Under the pieces are notes generated by a model that saw only the letters and a list, made by a program, of their open reading frames with translations, did not search any database and was not told where the DNA came from. A stretch of 64,000 nucleotides of DNA, from contig JAKFCT010000046.1 in NCBI GenBank assembly GCA_036676495.1, positions 17,029 through 81,028 of the forward strand, in the 5' to 3' direction. Numbering within the stretch: the stretch's first letter is position 1; each line of letters starts with the position of its first letter. The position numbers and the translations under genes were made by a program. This stretch comes from Candidatus Sericytochromatia bacterium (GTDB taxonomy: Bacteria; Cyanobacteriota; Sericytochromatia; S15B-MN24; UBA4093). Positions 57,126 to 64,000 of the stretch are shown here, one piece after another.

Positions 57126-59305
57126 GCGCGCCGCAAGACGCCCCGCTCCAGACCCTCACCGGGATCGTGGAGCGCGTGACCTACCACAACCCCGAGAACG
57201 GCTACACCGTCGCCAAGCTCAAGGCTCCCCGCGAGCTCGACCTGGTAACGGTCGTCGGAAGCTTCGCCCAGATCAACGCCGGAGAGTCGCTGCGCCTGCG
57301 CGGCCACTGGGCCACGCATCCCAAGCATGGATCCCAGTTCAAGGCCCTGTTCTCCGACGTCCTCGCCCCCGCCACCGTCGTCGGCCTCGAAAAATACCTG
57401 GGCTCCGGCCTGATCAAGGGCGTGGGGCCCGTAACCGCCAAGCGCATGGTCAAGCACTTCGGCGTAGACATCCTGGACATCATCGACACGGCGCCGGAAC
57501 GACTCAACGAGGTCCCCGGCGTCGGCCCCAAGCGCGTCAAGCTCATCGCCAAGGCCTGGGTCGAGCAAAAAGCCATCAAGGAAGTCATGGTCTTCCTCCA
57601 AGGCCACGGCGTCTCCACCACCTACGCCGTCAAGATCTACAAGGCCTACGGCGACGACTCCATCCAGGTCGTCACCGAGAACCCGTACCGGCTGGCCGAA
57701 GAGATTTGGGGCATCGGCTTCATCACCGCCGACAAGATCGCCCGTGCCCTCGGAGTGGCCGAGGACTCCCTCGGCCGCCTACGCGCCGGCCTCCTCTACG
57801 TGCTGGGCCAGGCCTCCGACTCCGGGCACGTCTTCCTGCCGCGCCCGGAGCTGCTAAGTAACGCCTCCGAGATCCTCAAGATCGACCCCGAGCGCCTCGA
57901 GGCGGTCATCGGGCCCATGGTCGAAGACAAGGCCCTCATCGTCGAGGAGGAAGCCATCTACCTGCCGCCCCTCTACTACTGCGAGGTCGGCGTGGCCAAC
58001 CGCCTGCGGGCGCTCTCGCGAAACCCCTTGCCCCTCGATCCCGGCCCGCTGGACGCGCTGCTGACGGACTTGGAGGAGAGCGAGGACCTGAGCCTGGCCG
58101 CGCAGCAGCGCTCCGCCGTCCTCGAAGCCGTGAAGAACCGATGCTTCATCCTGACCGGCGGCCCAGGAACCGGGAAGACCACGACCACTCGGGCCATCCT
58201 GAAGCTCTTCGAGCGCCTGGGAAAACGGGTCCTCCTGGCCAGCCCCACCGGGCGCGCCGCCAAGCGCCTCAGCGAGGTCACGGGAGGCGAAGCCAAGACC
58301 CTCCACCGCCTGCTGGAGTTCACCCCCGAGAAGATGGCCTTCTCGCGCAACGCCGAGAACCCCCTGGCGGGGGATGTGATCATCGTGGACGAGGCCTCGA
58401 TGATCGACCTCATGCTCACCAACAACTTGCTAAAAGCCGTTTCGGACGGCGCGCAGCTGCTCTTCGTCGGAGACGCCGATCAGTTGCCGAGCGTGGGAGC
58501 GGGAAGGGTCCTCCAGGACATGCTGGAGTCGGGCATCGTGCCCCATGCCCGCCTGACGGAGGTCTTCCGCCAGGCCGAGGGCTCGCAGCTGGTGGCCAAC
58601 GCGCACCGGATCAACCGGGGCCTCATGCCCGAGCTGGTCGTCCCCGACGGCAAGCAGCAGAGCGATTCCTACTTCGTGCCCGTGGACGCCCCCGAGGAGG
58701 TGCCGGCCAAGATCGCGCAGATCGTCTCCAAGAGCCTCGCCAAGCGCCTGGGCTATCATCCCCGGGAGGATATCCAGGTGCTCTGCCCCATGAACCGCGG
58801 CATCCCGGGAGCCAACCACCTCAACGGCGTCCTTCAAGACGCCCTCAACCCCCTGAAGCCGGGAGACGCGGTCGCCCATTCCGGGGGGCGCTCCTTCCGG
58901 GCGGGCGACAAGGTCATCCAGCTTCGCAACAACTACGACAAGGGCGCCTTCAACGGCGATACCGGCATCGTCTCCTCCATCGACCTGGAGGAACAGGAGC
59001 TGATGGTCAGCTTCTGGGACCATGAGGTGCGCTACGAGTTCCATGAGCTCAACGAGCTGGCCCTGGCCTACGCCATCACGGTCCACAAGAGCCAGGGCAG
59101 CGAGTACCCCGTGGTGGTCATGCCGCTCACCATGCAGCACTACCCCATGCTGCAGCGCAACTTGCTCTATACCGGGCTCACCCGGGCCAAGAAGCGGGTC
59201 GTGATCGTGGGGACCAAGAAGGCGATCGCCATGGCCCTGCGCAACGTCGAGGGCAACGCCCGCCATACCCGGCTCGCCCAGCGCCTCCAGACCCCGGAGT
59301 TCTAA
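57122..59305 (+). CDS. recD2: RecD2 SF1B helicase
   Basis: HhH repeats, GGPGTGKT, VDEASM, VGDADQLPSVG, TVHKSQGSEY, LYTGLTRA. Confidence 0.95.
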   Translation: MSAPQDAPLQTLTGIVERVTYHNPENGYTVAKLKAPRELDLVTVVGSFAQINAGESLRLRGHWATHPKHGSQFKALFSDVLAPATVVGLEKYLGSGLIKGVGPVTAKRMVKHFGVDILDIIDTAPERLNEVPGVGPKRVKLIAKAWVEQKAIKEVMVFLQGHGVSTTYAVKIYKAYGDDSIQVVTENPYRLAEEIWGIGFITADKIARALGVAEDSLGRLRAGLLYVLGQASDSGHVFLPRPELLSNASEILKIDPERLEAVIGPMVEDKALIVEEEAIYLPPLYYCEVGVANRLRALSRNPLPLDPGPLDALLTDLEESEDLSLAAQQRSAVLEAVKNRCFILTGGPGTGKTTTTRAILKLFERLGKRVLLASPTGRAAKRLSEVTGGEAKTLHRLLEFTPEKMAFSRNAENPLAGDVIIVDEASMIDLMLTNNLLKAVSDGAQLLFVGDADQLPSVGAGRVLQDMLESGIVPHARLTEVFRQAEGSQLVANAHRINRGLMPELVVPDGKQQSDSYFVPVDAPEEVPAKIAQIVSKSLAKRLGYHPREDIQVLCPMNRGIPGANHLNGVLQDALNPLKPGDAVAHSGGRSFRAGDKVIQLRNNYDKGAFNGDTGIVSSIDLEEQELMVSFWDHEVRYEFHELNELALAYAITVHKSQGSEYPVVVMPLTMQHYPMLQRNLLYTGLTRAKKRVVIVGTKKAIAMALRNVEGNARHTRLAQRLQTPEF

Positions 59306-59328
59306 GTCCGGGGCTCGCTCAGCCGCAC

Positions 59329-59976
59329 CTACGCGAAATTGCGGTCGTACCAGGCCTTCGCGGCGGCGATCGCCTCGCGGGGAATCTCATGCCCCCCGTC
59401 ATGAGCGAAAGCCTCGGGCTGAATCCCTCGCGCAGCCAGCGCCTGGACCGACTCCTCGAGCCGCGAGAACGGGAACAAGCCATCCCGCCGGCCCAAGGTC
59501 AGGAAGACGCGAGGCTTCGGACCCTCGGCTTCCGGAGCGGGAAGCGCCTCCAGGACGAAGGAAGGGATGTAGCCGCTGAAGGCCATGACGCCCGCCACCT
59601 TCTCCGGGTGGCGCACGGCATACGAAAGGGACATGATGGCCCCCTGGCTGAAGCCCGTCAGGATCAGCGGCCGGGACGCGAAGTCCGAGACCTTCCGGAG
59701 ATCGTCGAGATAGGCGTCCAGCGTTTCCAGGGCGTGCTCGAAGGACGCCGGATCGGGAACGCCGATCCGGACCAGGCGGTACCACGCGTAACCGGGCGGA
59801 TGAGGGAGCGGACTGCGCGGGAAGGCGAGCGCCGCACGGCCCTCGAGCCAGGTGAAGGCGGAGGGGAGGTCGTCCTCGTTGGAGCCGATGCCGTGCATGC
59901 CCACGACCAGCGGAGCCGAGGGATCGCCTTCGAGAGCGAAGACATGGGTCGGAAGATCGTGGATGACCTGCTTCAT
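59329..59976 (-). CDS. phospholipase/carboxylesterase (alpha/beta hydrolase)
   Basis: HGIGSNE, GFSQGA, GGHEI. Confidence 0.9.
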   Translation of the reverse strand: MKQVIHDLPTHVFALEGDPSAPLVVGMHGIGSNEDDLPSAFTWLEGRAALAFPRSPLPHPPGYAWYRLVRIGVPDPASFEHALETLDAYLDDLRKVSDFASRPLILTGFSQGAIMSLSYAVRHPEKVAGVMAFSGYIPSFVLEALPAPEAEGPKPRVFLTLGRRDGLFPFSRLEESVQALAARGIQPEAFAHDGGHEIPREAIAAAKAWYDRNFA

Positions 59977-60075
59977 GGAGACCTCCAATGCAAGGGGAGC
60001 TTTCGGGACGCGCCGCTCTTGCTCGGCATCCCCGGCCGAAGCCCGAGGCCCTTGCCGCCCACGGGTCGCCCCTCG

Positions 60076-60104
60076 ATAGTAGTTCTACGTAGAATGATTG
60101 TCAA
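60076..60104 (-). promoter_or_regulatory. sigma70 promoter with palindromic operator in the spacer
   Basis: TTGACA-N17-TACTAT; TTCTACGTAGAA palindrome at 60083-60094. Confidence 0.7.
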
Positions 60105-60277
60105 CTCATGCCAGCGGCGGAAGGGCCATGAAGGAAGCCCGCCGGGGTGTGAGACCGGCGGGCTCGGTTCAGAGAGGGGATGGGGTGTCGATGGGTTTAG
60201 AGTATCCCATCACGCCGATACGGGGTGTCAGGGGCGTCGCATGGGCCATGCGATCTTGGTAACGGCCGCTTGCCCGA

Positions 60278-60919
60278 TTAGCCCCATGCCGAGCGCAAGA
60301 CGCGCTCCGAGGCAAAGAGGACGTCCAGGCCCTCAGGCCCCCAGCGATGCTCCATGGTGACCTGCACCGTGGTGTTGAAGAGGTAGGAGTACTTGGCCAC
60401 CGCGGCCTTATCATCCTTGGCGTAGGCCTGCTGGAAGGCGATCGCCTCCTCGGCATGCGCCAGCATCGCGGTCAAGGACGCCGTCTCCCGGAACTTGTTG
60501 GCCAACTCCCCATCCTCGGCGAAGATCTGCTCGATCCGCGCCTTGTCCGGATGATCCCCGACCACCACGACCCGGCCCATCGTATCCGTCTGAAGCCGCA
60601 GGGGATGCGACCTGTCGATGTCCTCTCCCTCCAGGGCGGCCGTCAAGCGCTTCTGGTACTCGGCCTTCGCCTCATTGCGCGCCATGCGCATCTCGTCCCC
60701 GGTGATGACCCCGTCATCGGCATACTTGAATAGCGGCGGGATCCCCTTCGACTTGAGCGACACGGGCGCGGTCTCAGCCCCAACCTCCCCGGACGCCTGA
60801 GCAAGCGCCTGCGCGAAGGTCGTATCGGCCGCAGACGGGCGGGTCGTGGGAGTGGAGGAGACCTGAAAATTGCTTGAAGGAGCGCTCGGAGAGACCGTGG
60901 GTCGGTGAGTAATCTGCAT
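60278..60919 (-). CDS. hypothetical protein, likely sigma28-regulated
   Basis: S/T/P-rich N-terminus, 'TFAQAL', GRVVVVGDHPDKARIE domain. Confidence 0.75.
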   Translation of the reverse strand: MQITHRPTVSPSAPSSNFQVSSTPTTRPSAADTTFAQALAQASGEVGAETAPVSLKSKGIPPLFKYADDGVITGDEMRMARNEAKAEYQKRLTAALEGEDIDRSHPLRLQTDTMGRVVVVGDHPDKARIEQIFAEDGELANKFRETASLTAMLAHAEEAIAFQQAYAKDDKAAVAKYSYLFNTTVQVTMEHRWGPEGLDVLFASERVLRSAWG

Positions 60920-61006
60920 GGTGGCCCTCATTTCAACGTCGGTTCACCTCGATGCGGCCTGGCTCGCACCAATCGGCTTCCGGGGTCCGCGGGAACCCCT
61001 GCTTAG

Positions 61007-61033
61007 TTATCGGCTCCGCGCCGCCATGCTTGA
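61007..61033 (-). promoter_or_regulatory. sigma28 (FliA/SigD)-type promoter
   Basis: TCAA-N15-GCCGATAA on the minus strand. Confidence 0.7.
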
Positions 61034-61035
61034 GG

Positions 61036-61464
61036 TCAGTCCTCTCCGCGAAACGCCCCGCGCCCTTTCTTGGTCTGCGAGCGGGCCTTCTTGCTGGCCA
61101 CCCGGCGCTCCTGGGAGCCCTTGGTAGGCTTGGTGGCCTTGCGCTTCTTGGGGACGAAGAGCGCCTGCTTGACCAGGGCCACCAACTTCTCCTCGGCGAG
61201 CAAGCGGTTCTCGGGCTGGTTGCGGGTTTCGGAGGCCGTGACCAGCAGGAAGCCGCCCTCGATCCAGCGCTTGCCCGCAATGAGTCGCAGGCGCTCCTGG
61301 GCCTCAGGGCTGAGGCCGCGAATCTGAGCGACCTCCACCCGCAGCTCGACCTTGCTGGAGACCTTGTTGACGTTCTGGCCGCCAGGTCCGGACGAGCGGG
61401 TGGCGCTGAAGGCGATCGCCGACTCCGGGATCACGATCCCGGGGGCCACGGGAAGATCGGGCAA
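61036..61464 (-). CDS. arfB: alternative ribosome rescue factor ArfB
   Basis: RSSGPGGQNVNK, basic tail KKRKATKPT; TTG start with AAAGGA RBS. Confidence 0.93.
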   Translation of the reverse strand: MPDLPVAPGIVIPESAIAFSATRSSGPGGQNVNKVSSKVELRVEVAQIRGLSPEAQERLRLIAGKRWIEGGFLLVTASETRNQPENRLLAEEKLVALVKQALFVPKKRKATKPTKGSQERRVASKKARSQTKKGRGAFRGED

Positions 61465-61539
61465 AGGGTATCCTTTCTGGACCAGCGGCAGGGTACGGCC
61501 CCCGCTGATCGGGTAAGAGACGTACAGGAGGACGATCAA

Positions 61540-61731
61540 ATGGCGACCAGCACCTGTTCCCAGTGTAACTCCAGCTACCCCAGCATGCTCAAAGCTTGCC
61601 CGGCATGCAAGTCGGAGGCGCCAAGCCGAACCGCCGCCCCATCGGACATCAAGAAGTTCGTCCCGCTGATTGTCGCCGTCGACGTCCTGCTCATCGGCGG
61701 CTTCCTCTTCTACTTCTTCGTGCTACGGTGA
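61540..61731 (+). CDS. small zinc-ribbon membrane protein
   Basis: AGGAGG RBS; CSQC..CPAC plus C-terminal TM. Confidence 0.75.
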   Translation: MATSTCSQCNSSYPSMLKACPACKSEAPSRTAAPSDIKKFVPLIVAVDVLLIGGFLFYFFVLR

Positions 61732-61747
61732 GGGCGCACCAAGCGAT

Positions 61748-62917
61748 CTAAACCGGCTCGGGCGCGTAAACGCGCTCCCCAGCCACGAACGTGCCCCGGC
61801 AGCGGAAGTCCGCATCCAGCAGCGCCAGATCCGCCCGCATGCCGACGGCGATCGCCCCGCGATCGGCCAGCCCCAAGCTGCGGGCCGGCGTCGTGGCCGC
61901 CATGCGCGCAGCATCGGCCAGGGGGATGCCCGCCGCTTCCACCACGTTGCGCAGGGCCCGCTCCAGCGTGATGATCGACCCCGCGATGGTGCCGTCCGGC
62001 AGCTTGGCGACGTCGGGGCCGATGTGAATCTCGCGGCCTCCCAGATGATGGGTCCCCGGAGGCAGGCCGGCGCCCATCAGGGCATCGGAGACCAGCATGA
62101 GCCGGTCGGCTCCCTTGCAGCGGTAAGCCACCTGGATTCCCGCCGGGTGAACGTGCACCAGATCCGCGATCAGCTCGGTATCCAGGCCGTCCTGAACCAG
62201 GGCCGCGCCCAGCGTGCCGGGCTCACGATGGTGGAAGGGGCGCATGGCATTGCAAAGGTGCGTCACCCGGGTGGCCCCGGCCGCAGCCGCCGCGACGGCC
62301 TGATCGTACGTGGCGTCCGTATGCCCGATGGAGACCCGGATCCCCAGCCCGAGCAGCTCGTCGATGAGCTCCGAGGCGCCTTCGAGTTCGGGCGCCAGGG
62401 TGACGATCCGGATGACGTCGGCATACCGGCGGATCACGTCCCGCAGCGCCGGGTCCGCGACCGGACGCAGGGCCTCCGGCGGCTGCGCGCCCTTGTACTT
62501 CGGGGCGATGAAGCTGCTCTCGAGGTGCGCGCCCAGGATGGAAGCGCCTCCGAGGGGAGCGCGCATGGCGGCGCGGATGGCGACCAGGACATCTTCGAGC
62601 TGTTCGGCGGTGCAGGCAAAGAGGGTGGGGACCCAGGAGGTGACTCCATGGCGCGCGAGGTGGCGCGAAAGGGTGTCGAAGGCCTCGAGGGTCGCGTGCA
62701 TGGTGTCGGCGTCGAGCCCCCCGTGCACGTGGGTGTCGATGAAGCCCGGCAGCACCCAGTTCCCGCGCGCATCGACCGTCTCGGTGCCGGCCGGGACCGC
62801 CGACGCGCCCAAGTCCTTCCCGATGGCCGCGATCCGACCGTCAGCCATCAAGAGGTCGGCCTCCAGGATGCCGGTCGGCATGACGACCTTGCCGTGTTTG
62901 AGGAGCGTCGGGTTCAA
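61748..62917 (-). CDS. nagA: N-acetylglucosamine-6-phosphate deacetylase
   Basis: PGFIDTHVHG, GAHLE, TLAPE, GHT, THLCNAM, IAGS. Confidence 0.93.
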   Translation of the reverse strand: MNPTLLKHGKVVMPTGILEADLLMADGRIAAIGKDLGASAVPAGTETVDARGNWVLPGFIDTHVHGGLDADTMHATLEAFDTLSRHLARHGVTSWVPTLFACTAEQLEDVLVAIRAAMRAPLGGASILGAHLESSFIAPKYKGAQPPEALRPVADPALRDVIRRYADVIRIVTLAPELEGASELIDELLGLGIRVSIGHTDATYDQAVAAAAAGATRVTHLCNAMRPFHHREPGTLGAALVQDGLDTELIADLVHVHPAGIQVAYRCKGADRLMLVSDALMGAGLPPGTHHLGGREIHIGPDVAKLPDGTIAGSIITLERALRNVVEAAGIPLADAARMAATTPARSLGLADRGAIAVGMRADLALLDADFRCRGTFVAGERVYAPEPV

Positions 62918-63183
62918 CCTGGTGTCCTTTCGTGAAAACGGGGCGCTGCCAGCGCCAGCGGCTGCAAGAGCATCTCCTGCGGCTCCAGGAGCATGTCCCG
63001 CGGCCGAGCGGCCAATGACGGCGGCATCACGCCATGATACGGGAAGAGGCTCACCGAGCGAAAGAGGGGGGAAACTACGCCGAAGACGCTGAAAAGGCCT
63101 ATAATAGAGAAGACGTGACCCGTCTCCCGCGTCGGAGAGGGCCACAAGGACCGTCTCTACCCACCACGTCGAGAGGACGCCAC

Positions 63184-64000
63184 ATGCTCGAAGCCTACCG
63201 TCAGCACGTCGCCGAACGTGCCGCACTGGGGATTCCCCCGCTGCCCCTGACCGCCCAGCAGACCAGCGCGCTGGTCGAGCTGCTCCAGAATCCGCCCGCC
63301 GGCGAGGAGAATTTCCTCGTCGAGCTGCTGACCTACCGCGTTCCCGCGGGCGTCGACGACGCCGCCAAGGTCAAGGCGTCCTTCCTGGCCGCCGTTGCCG
63401 CCGGCGACGTCACCTGCTCCCTGATCTCCCGCGAGAAGGCCATCGAGCTGCTGGGCACCATGCTGGGCGGCTTCAACGTCGTGCCGCTGATCGAGGCCCT
63501 CGAAGGCCCCCACGGCGCGACCGCCGCGGAAGCCCTGAAGAAGACCCTCCTGGTCTTCGACTACTTCCACGACGTCAAGGAGCTGGCCGACAAGGGCAAC
63601 CCCCATGCCAAGGCCGTGATGCAGTCCTGGGCCGACGCGGAGTGGTTCACCTCGCGCCCCGAGGTCCCCGCGTCGCAGAAGCTGACCGTCTTCAAGGTCA
63701 CCGGCGAGACCAACACCGACGATCTCTCGCCCGCTCCGGACGCCTGGTCGCGCCCGGACATCCCGCTGCACGCGCTGGCCATGCTCAAGAACCCCCGGCC
63801 GGGCATCGAGCCCGAAGAGGCCGGCGTCCGCGGCCCCGTCAAGTTCCTCGAGGACCTGAAGGCCAAGGGCCATCTCGTGGCCTACGTCGGTGACGTGGTC
63901 GGAACCGGCTCCAGCCGCAAGTCCGCCACCAACTCGGTGCTTTGGTTCACCGGCGAGGACGTCCCCTTCGTCCCCAACAAGCGCTTCGGCGGCGTCTGCA
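63184..64000 (+). CDS. acnB: aconitate hydratase B (truncated by window end)
   Basis: Own translation: MLEAYRQHVAERAALGIPPLPL..FKVTGETNTDDLSPA..GDVVGTGSSRKSATNS. Confidence 0.95.
   Translation, partial: MLEAYRQHVAERAALGIPPLPLTAQQTSALVELLQNPPAGEENFLVELLTYRVPAGVDDAAKVKASFLAAVAAGDVTCSLISREKAIELLGTMLGGFNVVPLIEALEGPHGATAAEALKKTLLVFDYFHDVKELADKGNPHAKAVMQSWADAEWFTSRPEVPASQKLTVFKVTGETNTDDLSPAPDAWSRPDIPLHALAMLKNPRPGIEPEEAGVRGPVKFLEDLKAKGHLVAYVGDVVGTGSSRKSATNSVLWFTGEDVPFVPNKRFGGVC

Noticed and set aside
60090-60104. Second Fur box (TGACAATCATTCTAC) upstream of the esterase
   Set aside because: Better explained as a -35 hexamer plus a separate 12-bp palindrome; the half-site match is incomplete

Overview
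This is a GC-rich bacterial chromosomal segment. The AcnB, Slt and pilus proteins look cyanobacterial-lineage, and flagellar/chemotaxis and fermentation genes are present, which suggests a non-photosynthetic relative such as Sericytochromatia (inference only). In order, the window holds: a type IVa pilus locus (pilO, fused pilMN, three minor pilins, pilB, pilC, pilQ, pilP-like, pilA); a REC-PilZ regulator; a Fur-boxed feoAB operon with two Cys-rich satellites; slt, suhB and aroF; an orphan FliD-like protein; Fe-S genes; a signalling block (two long MCPs, CheW, two sensor-less kinases, a LuxR-type regulator, no CheA); namZ; a lysine-fermentation pathway split into blocks (kamB, kamDE, kal-kce-kdd, kamA); penta- and di-heme cytochromes; tetR-recD2, arfB, nagA and a partial acnB. 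The best candidate for an undescribed system is an operon inserted in the lysine cluster (43.4-46.9 kb). It has two tandem modules, each a small MGGAV-starting amphipathic N/Q/S/G-rich protein plus a ~320-aa helical partner with T-x-x-L tail motifs, followed by a GNAT. No rRNA, tRNA, CRISPR array, integrase or transposase was recognised. All product calls come from motifs read by eye; no database search was run.
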